DNA of 64,000 bases from assembly GCF_038025025.1 (NCBI RefSeq), contig NW_027117345.1:1612001-1676000 (forward strand), given 5' to 3'. Positions within the stretch are counted from its first letter, which is position 1. Each line of letters opens with the position of its first letter. The DNA comes from Phyllosticta citribraziliensis. Its lineage: Eukaryota. Below are positions 26,136-39,092 of this stretch, piece by piece. The notes under the pieces are model-generated. The model had not been told where the DNA came from, searched no databases, and saw only the letters and a list, made by a program, of their open reading frames with translations. The position numbers and the translations under genes were made by a program.

Positions 26136-27356
26136 TTACCAGTTGCAGCGCTGCTTCAGCTTTTCGTTTTGAACGATTTCAATCCAGTAGTTGTCAGGAT
26201 CTGTGACACAGTCAGCGGTATGCCACGCGCGAGAAAAGGGTGCAAGGCTTACCCAGAACGAAGGCAATGTCCTTCATCCGGCCGTCGGTCAACCTCTTCT
26301 TCCAGGTGACCTTCTTGTCCTCAAACCTCGAACACGCAGCGTCCAAGTCATCAACGGTGATGCAAATGTGGCCGAAGCCCTGCGGCTGGTCATTGCCGTT
26401 GTGGTATTTGAAGTTGGCGTCGTTCTCGGTTCCGTAGTTCCAAGTCAGCTCCAGCACACCTTCGCGATCCGCAATGGGGTTGACGCCGTTGGAACTCTGC
26501 TTTGGGGCATCTGGTCCATATGATAGGAAGTAGAGGTTGAACTTTGCGTCCTTGTTCTCGGAGATCCTCTGCAGCTTCATGCCCATGACGTCTTGGTAAA
26601 AGTTGAGCGACTTTTCGTGGTCCTTGACGCGGATCATGGTGTGGTTCTGTTGCTCGAGTTAGGAAATTCTCGGTCCGGCGCAGAAACGAGCAAACTCACC
26701 ATGCGATAGGTCTGAATGTCCGTCTCATTGACGTTTTCCGTCTGCTCGACAGGGTTTTGAGCGATGAGCTCGACCCAGTATCCATTGGGGTCCAGCGCGA
26801 AAGCAATGCTTCTCATGCGACCATCTGTGAGCTTCTTCTGGAATTTGTAGCCGGCATCCTCCAGCCTCTGGCACGCAGCCTGGATGTTGTCTACCGAAAC
26901 ACAGACGTGGCCAAAGCCCTTGTAAGGCTCGGTGTTGCCGTTTGTGATGTTGTATTCCGGGTCGCTCTCGGTTCCGTAGTTGTGGGTGAGCTCGATGATG
27001 CCCTCACGGTCAGTCCAGTGGTTGCCGTGAGAGGCGGCTTTGGGGCTGTCGTAGGCGAGGTAGTAGAGATCGAACTTGGCATCTGGGTTCTTCATGGTCT
27101 TGATGAGCTTCATGCCAAGAAACTCGTAGAATTTGACCGACTGCTTTGGGTCCTTGACTCGAAGCCTGGGAGAAATTTCAGTATCGGGAGCAGCTAGAAC
27201 CCGAGGGGGTCCTTACATCGAGTGGTTGAACTTGTACTTGGCGGTGTCGGTGGCCATTGTCGCAAAGGCTTTTGCAAAAGCTGGGGCAGTAAAGATGGAT
27301 TGGTGGAATCTAGGCTGCCTGAGGGTGCAGAGGAAGAAGCGGCATGTCGAGAGCAT
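26136..27356 (-). CDS. GLO1: Glyoxalase I (lactoylglutathione lyase), two-domain; second in-frame ATG at 27257
   Basis: KFNHSM|LRVKD, IELTHNYGTE, GFGHVCVSVD, DPNGYWVE, repeated in a second domain (NHTMIRVKD...LELTWNYGTE...GFGHIC); ends KQRCNW*. Confidence 0.93.
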
Positions 27357-28300
27357 CAGCGAAGCGTGAAGCAAGAGAAAGAAGTTGCATTAGCAAGCAA
27401 GCAGGATGACGTGGGGCGTTGCCCCTCTTCAGCCGGCCGGTCCATGCGCAAGGGAAGACGAAGGCCGAGGAGTAAATCCGGGCAGATGGATGTGGGATTG
27501 ACGGGCGTGTCAAGGGGATGGACGTGATGGAGATGAAGTTGTACGTGTCGCAGAAGAAGCATTGCACGAGCAGTCGACGCGTGAAAGCGAATGCAACACC
27601 TTGAGGGCCATGCCATGACTACATACGTCGACTCTGCCTGGCAATGGAAGGAGACGCCAAGTCACGTTTCGTAAGCGAGCGGCTAATGGCGGTTAGCTAA
27701 GATGATTCCATGCTGCTGTACCGACGAGACCAACGAACGCTGGAACAACAAATCATCCCGTTGTTCTCCATGTTCCTTGGTGGTGCCGTGCTCTCTCTGC
27801 TCTCTCTGCTCTCGACTGATCCTTGCGCCAATCACACGGCAGCACCCACTTATCTTGGCGTCTACTCCAACCTCTGGGCTTCCTCACAACATTCCCAAGT
27901 GCCCTCGAGTCTGCTCCTCACGCCTGACGCTATCCATCCCGAGTTAGCTGTTTGCTGACGCCGCCACCTGCGAGCCCCTGGAAGTCCCCCGTCGTCCTGT
28001 TCGCCCCCTATCCCACCTTCGACTTTGCGCAACCTTCCCTCTCTCCCATCGCCGACTCTCGGAGCCATGTACGTTCAACGCCCAATTATTGCCCTTCAGA
28101 CTGCATGACTGGTGCAGGTCGCTTGTGCGACGCTCCTCTTCCAATTCCTGGCCTCGCTTCCAGGATTCTGCACATGTCTGCTGACCTGGGGTAAAAAAAT
28201 TAAAGGATGCGCTTCTTGGCCGTCTGCAATTACTGTTCAGGCTGCCTGCTGACTCGACATGCCTCTTTCAGATCGCAACCGCCGGGGCTCGTTGCCCACA

Positions 28301-29036
28301 ATGCTCAACGTCAAAAAGCTAAGCGACTTGCTGGCTAGCAATGTCGACCCAAAGCTGTATCCTCGCATGTTGTATGTGCACCTGCTGCCGAATCTGGAAG
28401 CCCCCATCGGATTGTCCTAACACCTGCCTCAGCGTCATGTCTCCCAACGGAACTCTGTTGGCCTATAGCAGGCCCGCCAACATCAAGGAACTCCGCGACC
28501 AAGCAGCACTGGTCTCCATGGCATGGAAGGAGCACGAGCACAGTGTCAGATCTGAGACCTCCCACTCTGAAAACCACGAGCCATCAGCCTCATCACGTGC
28601 CCCTCTGGAGACCCTGACGATTGAATTCGACAACGGCAACCTGATCGTCCGCGCCATCCAACCGAAACTGCTCCTGGTTCTTGTTGGCGGTGTGCCTCCT
28701 GGGCGCAAGCAATCTTTCAAGGTCACGCCCGAAATCCAAGGAAGTGCTCGCTACCCCCCAGAAACTGCCGACTCGTCAACCAACGGCCATGGCAGAGTCA
28801 TCCCCCCGCCTTCGACAGATTCTCACAACTCGTCCCAAGATCCAGCCAGCATAGGATCCCCGGATGCTCCATCATCGGTATCAGTCGCCGAGAGCCACAT
28901 GAGCCAACGCGAAAAGGACACCAAATTGGGGCCTTTGTACGTCCAGCGCAAAAAGGTCGACGCCATGACGAATTTCATCCGACAAGACTTTGAACGCAGA
29001 GGCTTTGTCATGCCTGACGATGTGAGCTTCCCTTGA
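28301..29036 (+). CDS. Roadblock/LAMTOR2-like protein (putative Ragulator/EGO subunit)
   Basis: Spliced MLNVKKLSDLLASN...MF|VMSPNGTLLAYS...RDQAALVSMAW...LTIEFDNGNLIVRAI..LLLVLVG...KKVDAMTNFI follows the LAMTOR2 pattern as recalled; intron at about 28372-28431. Confidence 0.6.
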
Positions 29037-29756
29037 TCGCCAGACCCGCATCTCCGGGCCCTGGGGACGATGGTTTCGCACTCGAAAAGACGAATGTTTT
29101 CTTTTTCTTCAAAATCGGGATTTCGGGCAAATAATTGCCGAGGACTTTGCCGCTGTTGAAAGCTATTCTGCAAGGCGTTCGGATTTGCTTTTCAATATCC
29201 CAAGCGTCGTTGCGTTCAGAGGTCCACATTCCGGTTACCTAGCTTTTCTTTACGGCCAGTTTGCCATGCCTCGAGCATTCTGCCGGCCACCATTTTCGCT
29301 ACGCAGAGTAGCACCTGTGTATAGTACGTACAGTGGTGTTGAGCCTGTCCAAAGCTACTCACGATAATGCAGTGTTGAGAATGTTCAAGTCTTAGTTTTG
29401 CAGGCGTGCTGATTGGCGTGGTCTGAGCGATCCCCGGTCCAACTTACAATCTGGGGTAACAGGAGCCTCGACTTCCTTGCCCGGACAGCGCCGTGGTCAC
29501 AATGACGTCACTTGCATCCCAGGGCACCCCAGGGCGGCCATCCACCTCCAGGAACCTCTCACGCTCTTGAAAGCACCCACTCCACCTCTTTTACTTCTTC
29601 TCCGTCCTCGTATCACCAACCGTTTCATTTGCAAAGGTATTGTGCTCCTCTCTCCAGCACGAACGCCTTGCTAATTCGACGCAGCACATCATCCCCCACC
29701 ACGCTCACCCCACAAACTCAATTCCTCCACGCCCCACCCCACTTCACACAAGGACA

Positions 29757-30315
29757 ATGCTTCCCATCCGCCCCACGAGTGCCATCACAGCTGCCACGCG
29801 GCGAGTCACCCAGCTGCCGTACCAGCGAGCCTCAACGCGGCCGACCAGCAGAGCGCTCTCCTCAACAGCACGCTCCCTCTTCCCGGCCAAGGACACCCAA
29901 GACAAGGACAGCCTGAACCCGACGAGCACCGAGTACAGCAAGAGCAGCGGCGACGACGCCGCAGCGCAGACGACCGACGCCGCCTTCAACCCGAACAAGA
30001 CGAGCCCGGAGGAGGAGACGGCGACGGCTAACCGCGAGAGTGGGGAGGTGAGGAAATCCGGTCCCAGCGTACGTGACTGATTGGCTTGCTTGAGCTGAGA
30101 GGAACTGGGGTGGTATTTTGTTGTTCCCCTTTTGCTGACGAGAATGCGTTGCGATGCAGGACACCAACCCACTCGACGTCAGCCCTGGCAACCCAGAAAT
30201 CAGCAAGCCGAGAGATCCGACTGAAGGAGGCGCAGACAAGGCCCCTCAGAAAGAGAGAGCGAGAACGAGTGGCCATGGTAGCCCGAAGAAGGCTGGCGGT
30301 GGAAAGTCGGGTTGA
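29757..30315 (+). CDS. Small hydrophilic hypothetical protein with mitochondrial-presequence-like N-terminus
   Basis: Arg/Ser/Thr-rich N-terminus without acidic residues, then QDKDSLNPTSTEYSKS..DDAAA..AFNP..TSPE; intron at about 30048-30159; ends GGGKSG*. Confidence 0.7.
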
Positions 30316-30743
30316 GACACCTATCTTGAAATGTGAGGGCCAACGGGACAGGAGAAGCCAACTCTGAGACGGAAGATTGAGAAATTAGAAGTTGATCAGA
30401 GCACACCATTCAATTAGGCGTAGTGCGGGACTTTACTGCTTGCCACATGTTTTAGATTCATTCAGATGATTGACCCGCAACGACGAGATCCAAGAAAAAA
30501 TATGGTAGACCAACCACTCCCGAAACTCCACTCATGCCGCCTATACCGCCTCGCACCCATACCGCGGAGTGCCAGCTCCCAACAAATCAATGTAGCTGCA
30601 CAGGGAACCTTAAACCAACCACTTCTCCAAGTCGCATCAAAAATTGATCTCTCCACTCCCATCCACCCAGAGGAACGCTTCCTTCTCAATCACCAAATCT
30701 GCAACCCCTTGCCTATGTGCCCCTCCTCCCGCAAGCCACTCCA

Positions 30744-31988
30744 TCAATACCCCCCCATATCACCATGGACACCATGGTACCCCGTATCATACCTAAACTG
30801 CTGCTCAGGCACAGCATAGTCCTCCAACATGCGACCGGCCTCAGGCTGCTGTTGGTCCTGCTGGTGTTTAGTCCCGCGACAACCAAACACGTCGTCGTCG
30901 TCACTGTCGTCATCGTCATCATGGCGCAGATTGTTGATGGCCGGGTCAAAGGCGCCGAGCCCCGTGCGCTCGATGGGGTGGATGGGCACGGCTTCGGTCT
31001 TGGTTTCGTAGTCGAGCATGGCGTTGTAGGAGCCTCGCTGCGTGAAGCGCTTGTAGACGTAGAGGTCGAGGAGCAGCGCTGCCAGCGTCGACGTGCTGCG
31101 TCGCTTGTCAGTCCCACCGTACCCACAAGAAGGTATACAATACACGACCGTACTCTCATCGAAGGGAAAGGAATGCGACCACGGGAATCCCACCATGGGT
31201 CGGTCACTTACAAGCCTAACATGGCAAACGCAAACAGCGCCTTGTATGTGCGGCACACCATGACGCCGTCTTCGCCGCCCCACCGCGCGACGCTGCACAC
31301 GTGGCCCAGCGTGCCGCTGCTCCACCAGGCCAGCAGCCCGAAGCCCAGCGACCAGAGCAGGACTAGGCCGCCGTTGAGCGCCAGGTTGAATTGCGGCCGC
31401 AGACCCCCGATGCAGTGCGCGATCATGGTTGCGATCAGCGCGAGGACTGTGAGGATTGAGACGCATAGGAGCTGTGGGGTTGAGACGTCAGCTTCACCTT
31501 TTCTTTTTGGTGTCTTCGTTTTGGATGGTACTGTGTGGTGATGCCGGGAAGAGAAAAGCTATTCAGGAGAGCTATCCGACATGGCAACGTATGCCATCTC
31601 GGCGCCAGTCACACAGCACGCCCAGTGCAATCGACCAGCTTGAGTCTCCATTGTCCACAAGACATACAATAATAAGTGCTCAGCACCACCGCACCCCAGC
31701 AATGAGACCAAAGACAAAAAGAAGAAACAGAACAGAATCGAAAGACATGTCCAAAGGCTCAAAACTCACCACAAAAAACGTCCACGGCGTCTCATAATGA
31801 TCATGCGCCAGCTGGTCGATGAAGAAGACCATGACGCTCATTACGATGGCCGACGACACGAGCTGCGTGCAGCGCACGGCGTGGAACGGCACCCGCGGGT
31901 ACGGCGTCGGTTGCACTCTCCTGCTCCGCGATGGTGCTCCCCTGCTGCCGCTGCGCATGCCGGCGCGGAGGAAGCGTGGGGCCTTCAT
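30744..31988 (-). CDS. Multi-pass membrane protein (MARVEL-like), 3 exons
   Basis: About four hydrophobic segments across exons, WG.EDGVMVCRTYKALFAF loop, hydrophilic tail; GTGAGT and GTAAGT introns. Confidence 0.65.
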
Positions 31989-32841
31989 TGTTGCCGTTGC
32001 TCCTTTTGCGGCCGTCCTTCTCTTGCGCCAGGGAAGATTGAGGTGGATTGGACGAATGGATTGGTGGGCGTCGACCGAGGGGTTGCGAGACGAGTGCGCA
32101 TGCAGCGGGAGCCGTCGCTGTTGACGTTGTTCGACGCAGTAGCTTGGGAGGCGAATATTCGAGGCGATGGGGTCAGGCAGGGAGGTACATGGACAGACAG
32201 ACAGACAGGTCGGAGAGCCAAACCGCTACCAGGTACATGTAGGTACCGCTGCAGCTCCTGGTTTCTCTTCAGCTGTCCACCTCCGCTGGTGACCCCTTTC
32301 GCCGCCCCCAAATTCGATCAGCCACCACTCTCAGCTAACCAGACCCTTTGTGGAACAATGTGGTAGGCGACCGACCCCGCTTGGCCTGGCTAGTGCTTAG
32401 CCGCCGTTGAGGGAACTTTGGCGCCCGTCAGAACGTGGTCCCGATCAATCTGGCGGCATCTGGCTGGTGTTTGCTATTGAACGTCAGCTAGTATTGAACG
32501 TATACTGTTGTCTTGAAGTGGTCTGTGAGAATCATCTCGTATTAGATTTTGCAAGGGTAGACTGAAGAACCACTTGCTCTTGCTGTGCCATCAAACAGTG
32601 AATTTTCAACATCAAAAGCGCCACCCGACGCTGCATTGGGAGCCACTGTCGCGCCACGATCTAGAAAGGACGGTCCTGCAATCAATCTTTGGATTCGCTA
32701 CCTCGACTGGAGAATCAGGGCCGTCTCCCAAGAATTGACCAGAGCATCTCTGGTCGTTCCTCCCTCCATGCATGACGTCGTAGCTATATCGATGTTTTGA
32801 ACGCCTCAACTATGCCGCCTGTTCCGGATATCCTTCACCTC

Positions 32842-34866
32842 TTACTCGGTGATGAGCTTGGTTATCTTGCCAATCGCGATGGTTTGACCCTGGGAAAAGT
32901 TAGCTTACTGCGAGATCTAACAAAATACATTGGAATAGAATTACCTGGTCTCTCAGCGTAAAGCGTCCCATCTGCGGGTAATCCTCGAATCTCTCGACAC
33001 AAACACTGCCCGCACCACCAGTAACGGACAGGCGAGCAATGATGCTCATGCCCTTGGTGGCGAATCCAGGAGGCTTCTTGCTCTTCCTGCCGGTGCCCTT
33101 CTCCAGCTTATGCAGCAGGGCGTCAAAAGTTACTTCTTCCGTAGCAGAGTGCACGTGAAGGACACAGTTGAAACCGGCCGAGAGAATGGACTTGAGGTCG
33201 AGCAGGACAATCTGAGCCTCGAATTTGGAAACGCAGTGGACGGGCCGCTTAGGAGAGCAAATGACGAAACCGGGCAGGATGTCTTCTTCTTCAATGCCCC
33301 TCAGACGGATGCGCACCTGTTCACCACAAGTAGCGGCCTGGATTTCGTCTTCCGTCTCGCCATAAAGAGCAGCGATATCAACCTGCTCACGGTTGGGCAT
33401 CATAAGGTACTTGACGCCCTTCTTGACGACACCAGCCTCAATCTTGCCCTCAACCATGGTACCCAAATCCTTGTACTTGGCAGAGATGGGCATCATGAAA
33501 GGAGCATTGAGCTTACGTTCCAGAGTTTTCATGTTGTCGAGGAACTCGAGCAATGAAGGTCCATCGAACCACGGGCAAACTTCCTTGGGTACTCTGTCCT
33601 TGATACCAAGAGTCGTTTGGGCAGAGACGGGCATGAAAGTGAGATCTGTGAGTCAGAGGTCAGCATTGAAACAAACACTGTCGAATTTGTCTTACCAGTC
33701 TTGGGGTTGTAGCCAACACCCTTCAAAAATTGCGTGAGCTTCGAAGTACACTCCTTGTAGCGCTCTTCGCTCCACTCGACCGTGGGGTCGTCCATCTTGT
33801 TGACAACAACGACAAGCTTGTTGACGCCCTGAGTCTTGGCAAGCACGGCGTGCTCTCTTGTTTGGCCGCCCTTTTCGAAACCAGTCTCGTACTCGCCCTT
33901 GCGGGCAGAAATGACGAGAACACCAACGTCGGCCTGGGACGCGCCTCCAATCATGTTGGGCACATAAGTCTTGTGGCCGGGGGCGTCCAAAATTGAGTAA
34001 CGGCGCTTCTCAGTCTCGAAGAAACCCCTGCCGACTTCCACAGTCTTGCCCTTGGAACGTTCTTCCTTGGTCAAATCCAGAGCCCACGACAGGTACCAGG
34101 TCTCACGGCCAGCCTCCTTGGCCTCCCTCTTGTACTTGTCCATGGTCCTCTCGTCAACCATGCCGGTAGCGTAGAGAATAGAACCTCCCAAAGTAGACTT
34201 TCCGGCATCGACGTGGCCCAAGAAAATGACGTTAACGTGCTCCTTGCCGTACATTTCGGCCAGAGTGTCCTCGTCGACGTCGGCGGACTGTTCCTGGGCA
34301 ACCATGTCGGCCTGTTGCTTTGCGGCCTTGATCTCGGCTCTGGTAGGGCTGCTTCTGCCGGTCGATGGGGTGGGCGACGTCTTGCCAGATGCCGCGGGTC
34401 CTGCAGCTTCTCCAGTCTTTTCGATGGCCTTGGCTGCGGTGACCTTCTTTCCGGCCTCTGGGGCGGCCTTGTCCTTGTCCGCAGCAGCCTTTGCGGCTGA
34501 TGCGGCAGGCTTGTCGCTGGCGGCGGGAGTGCCGATGCTGAGCACCTTGGTAGCGCCGGCCTTTTCCAGCTTTGGAGACTCGCCACCCACACTGAGCACC
34601 TTGGTGCCACCGGTCGATTCGACCTTTGCGCTGCCATCTCCGCCGATGGACAGAGTCTTGGGCTGCTTGGGCGCCTCGGCTGCAGGAGCAGCGGCGGGCT
34701 TGGGCGCAGCGGGCTCAGCCTTCAAGTCGTCGCCTCTCTTGGCAATCTTTGGAGCCTGGCTTTGTTGCTGCTGGGGTTGGAAGTTTTGCTGCTGGTTGTT
34801 GTACCCGCCATATTGCTGGTTGCCGCCGTAGCCATAGCCCTGTTGGCCGTAGCCATATTGGCCATA

Positions 34867-34903
<37 letters not shown>

Positions 34904-35160
34904 CCATATTGTGGGTACCCTCCATATCCTTGTTGCGCACCACCACCGTAGTATTGCCCGTATGGCTGCTGGTAGCCGCCGTAGGGCTGGAAGGACTGGC
35001 CGGGGGTAAACGTTGCTGCGCCGGGAGTGAAGGCGGCGGCACCAGGAGTGAAGGAGGGCGCGCGCGCAGCGTTGTTGATGTTCATTTGCTGCTGTGCCTG
35101 TTGGGCAAGGCTCTCATCCTGAGCGTCCTTGTCGTCTTCCCACGAGTTGAGATCAGCCAT
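32842..35160 (-). CDS. SUP35: Eukaryotic release factor 3 (eRF3/Sup35)
   Basis: Q/G/Y-rich N domain, GHVDAGKST, LDAPGHK, NKMD, GRFTLRDQ|GQTIAIGK; two introns. Confidence 0.97.
34867..34902 (-). repeat. (CAG)11 + CAA trinucleotide repeat encoding polyQ in the Sup35 N domain
   Basis: Read directly as a CTG run on the + strand; translates to Q12. Confidence 0.9.
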
Positions 35161-35693
35161 TTTGGCGGCAATGTGGGGGAATCAAAAAAAGGTATGAAAG
35201 GACAGGAAATATGCGAAGTCACTGGAGGAGGAGGCAGCGACAGAAGAGAAGGACCCGGCTATGAAGGAGTCGAATGACAAAGCCTGGCGACCGAGATTGA
35301 ATGGCTGGGTGATGCTCTCGTCCTTGAGAAGTGCAAGCTTTGGGCTGCAAATGGTGGGGCTTCGACTTCAACCCGGACCGCGCACGGCTTCGCTACGACG
35401 CCCGGCAGAAACCCGGCGCCTCTCAACTGACTCACTCGTGACTCCGTCCGCGCTAAGCCGATTTAGTCCATGGCCATCACCGCTCCAAACGCTTCTCCGC
35501 CATGCAACGCTCCAACACTGCCTGGGCTCGCTGCTCTCTTTTTCACAATAACACCAAGTCTTCGAGAAAAACGTATCCCGAATCGACTACAAGGTTCAAA
35601 TACACCGGGCGCTTGCTCCAGCAGCTCCATCTCCATTGAATAATTCGTTTGCGGTCTCGCCTCCCGCCTATACCCTAAAGTCTCAACTCCATC

Positions 35694-37980
35694 ATGGATA
35701 TTCTACTTTCCAAGGTCAGTGGCGCTCATGTCATTTCATTTCTCAGCGTCCGAGGGCATCTCCTTGATTTCGGCTTGGACTCCAATGTGCACTTACACCT
35801 CCCAGGTCACGCAGCAGGCGATGAACTATGCCATCCGCTCCGGCATCGTCATTACAAGTAGCTTTGCCATGAAGCAATGCTCCCGTTTGTTGAAGACCGT
35901 CGGCAACATAGAAGAGCGACAAGAACTTGCAACCCTTCAGAGGCGTCTTGAGGCCAAAATCAGAATCATTTCCCCCGCTATTGACATGATTGAGTTGATA
36001 TCCGCCCGTGGCAACACATCTCTGGAATCTGCTGTCAACTTGACCAAGTCTCTCCGATGGGGTATTCAAGCCTTAGGCCAGCGCCTTGCCAAGGCTGCTG
36101 GCGAAGAGGAATTACAGCGTCGAGGCAGCTCCCGCGCACAGTCAAAAGCCCACAATGAGATGGAGCTCAAATTGATCATTTCAGATATCAGAAAGCTTCT
36201 GGAAAGCATAGAGGATGCAGTGCCGCTCATAAATCTTGCGATAACAACCTCTGGGGCGAATCTTTCGACCTCGCTCCCCGCCACAGTCTCTCCGTCCAGG
36301 TTGTTGCAAGCAAGCACTTTCCTCACCGCTGGAGACTCGCAATATTCAGCGCTTTCCTCGAACGCCGTTCAAATAGGCCCAGCCTTCACTCTTTCAATGT
36401 ACATGCTTTTTTCGGGTCACATTCGCCCACACGATGAAGAAGGAATCAGAGAGACCACTTGGAAAGAAGTAATTCACAAAGCTCGTGTCAAGCTCATGAG
36501 AGTGCCGCTGGATAGGCTGTACGATTTCCCATCATCTCCAGAACAATCTGGAAAAGCCACGCGTCCTCATGGCAGTATTCGGGCTGCAGAAGGCAGAGCA
36601 TTCGAATTCGCGTACCAGCTCATCTTGATTGAAGACCTTGATGACGACCGGGTGCACACTTTTGAGGAAGACGAACCGCAACCAGGTCCATTTGAAGACG
36701 TCCCACAGGCAGGAATAAGAGAAGTCATGCCCATCCACGAGATTTCCAAAATATTCTACGCAGATACCGGCAAGATTCTAAACATTGGGACCGATGGAGA
36801 AACCAACAACCCCATCCTTCTCCTGAAGCGCGACATACATGCTGTCCCACCAAGACGGATGATGGAACGACAGGCTTCAGAAAGTGCTTGGTTTGAAGAT
36901 GCCGAGCCCGATGGCAAAGACGAGCCTCCAAGCGTATCAGAGGAAGACGAGCAGTCAGCGATCGACGCACAGCTCTTTCGGGAGTCCAGGGCTCCAGAAT
37001 CAGAGCCTCCACAGGAGTCCTCCGCACCACCTCTGGAACACTGGCGGCTGCCACCAGATCTCGACCTCGAGTGGATGGCTTTTGAAGTCTACTCGGAAGA
37101 GCCAGATTCAGACGACGAAGACTTGGACGAAACCGAACTCCCACCTTCCAGCACAAGCACCGATCCCAACCGCTCCTCATCGCTCGACCCCCGCCTGACA
37201 GCCGGCATGTCCAACCTCGACCTGCGCACGCCCTCTCCGAGCCCAGCTAGGCCCACGCAGTCGTCACCCCCACCAACCGCCATGACGAAACGACGTCCAA
37301 CTGCCTCTCCTTACCCTCAACCCGCGTCATCGACCGCTGCGCCGGGCCTCCCACCCATCAAGACCTCGCTCTCCCTCCTCGAGATGCTGATCCGCCTGAC
37401 GGCACTCCAGCAATTCCAGCAAAACAGCCACCTCTCGATCCCCGACGAACTCCTCACCTTCTTTCTCTCCGAGAGCAGTACCGTGGGCGCGGGCAACGAC
37501 TCGGACCTGCGCAAGCGCGTCCGCCGCGACGCCGCGCGCCGCGTCGGCTTCGACCCCTACGACGAGAGCCCCATCAAGCGCCGCGGCGAAGAGTACCTGG
37601 TCGAGCACGCCGGCGGCGCCGACTACGACGCCAGCTCCCCTGGCCGCATGTACTCGCGCCAGACGACGCCGTACGGTGCTGAGATCGCTTCGGATCCTCC
37701 TTACCCGTATACAAGCAGCGCGGCGACCACGCGGCCGAGTCCTTCGCCGCGTCGTCCCGTCGCCGGCTCGTCTGCCTCCGTATCATCCAGTGCGTCGTTG
37801 CCGCATCGCGATGTGCCCCTGCCGAGCAGGGAGAGGGATCTGGGACAAGGCGCCAGCCCGAGCCCGCTGCTGCGCAAGGCTACACGGCCTGTTGCTGGTG
37901 TCCATGGTGACCAAGCGCGCAGGCAAGGCATCCGCCATGGACGCGTGCCTGAGACGCCACCGGAATCGGGTTCAGTGTGA
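35694..37980 (+). CDS. YRB30: RanGTP-binding protein (Yrb30-like)
   Basis: MDILLSK|VTQQAMNYAIRSGI, ISPAIDMIELISARGNTSLES, AVPLINLAITTSG, SPSRLLQAS, SLSLLEMLIRLTALQ. Confidence 0.8.
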
Positions 37981-39092
37981 GATGTAACCCTGTGAAGATA
38001 TCAATCTGTTTATTTGGCGATTCTCCGAAGATGGGAAGCATGGGGCGGCTTTAGTGTCTGCTGTTTAGCACGGGCGTTTGCATTCAATGAGGCGTTTTCG
38101 AAGTTTGCTGCCCAGTCGGCTTGCTACTGTGTATGATTACTTCACACTGGAAGATAAATTGGAATGGACGCATGGTCAGAGGATGCAAGTGGAACTAAAT
38201 ATCCGAGTCAAACACGTGGTGCCCATTTTCTTGTGACAATAAACAGAGCGGCTTTCGTGCAACCGCTAAATTCGCGAGCATCCCATGAAAGCGCAAAACT
38301 TCAGACTTGGTAGTTCTATTGACAGTGAATCAACACCTTCCATGTAAGAGAGCACGGCGGCTTTTGCGCAACTTCAAACGTAGCAGTCTTATTGAAAGCC
38401 AATTGAGGAACAACCACCAATCAAAACATCTGCCGCAGTCCAACTGTACTTAACGGTTGCGCAACGTCTGTGCAACGGTTCAGCAATGGTTGTGTAGTGG
38501 TTTAGAAAAGGGCCCTAATGTTACGCCGCTGTAAAACATGAAAGCAATAAACATCTTATTTTCCCCAACGGTGCTCGGTTCATTGACCAAGCACTACAGT
38601 TACACATTTCGTATCTAGCAACTAGACAATCTATAATAGCTAAGTCGGCCCTCAGACGGCGCTGCGGGTACGCCTCGTTATGAGTTGACACAGTACCTAA
38701 AAGGCCCAGCAATGAGGTCAAGGTCACGACTGATGCACCAGTTTCTTTTGCAAGTTGAATTCATCCGTTGCATTGTTGACGTTGCTCAAAACTGAACAGA
38801 CAACACCAGCAAACGCGCTTCATATCCTGCAGGCATCGCAGAGTAACCTCTGCGTCTGCGCGCCTCAAAGTATCCTCACTGCCAAGCAGTGCGTGCGCAA
38901 CCCATCCCATCCATCATGACCCATCGATTCCGAAGAACGCCGCTCCCCATGTTGATGACCGAGGTGGAACTAGCAAGAACAGTCTCGTAGAAGCTCCCAA
39001 TTTCAAACCCCAACCAGAAATTTCCAAAGAAGGCAAAGAAGGAACAATAACAATTCGACTCGTCAGGTTACAGTGGAGTAGCAGACGGAGTT

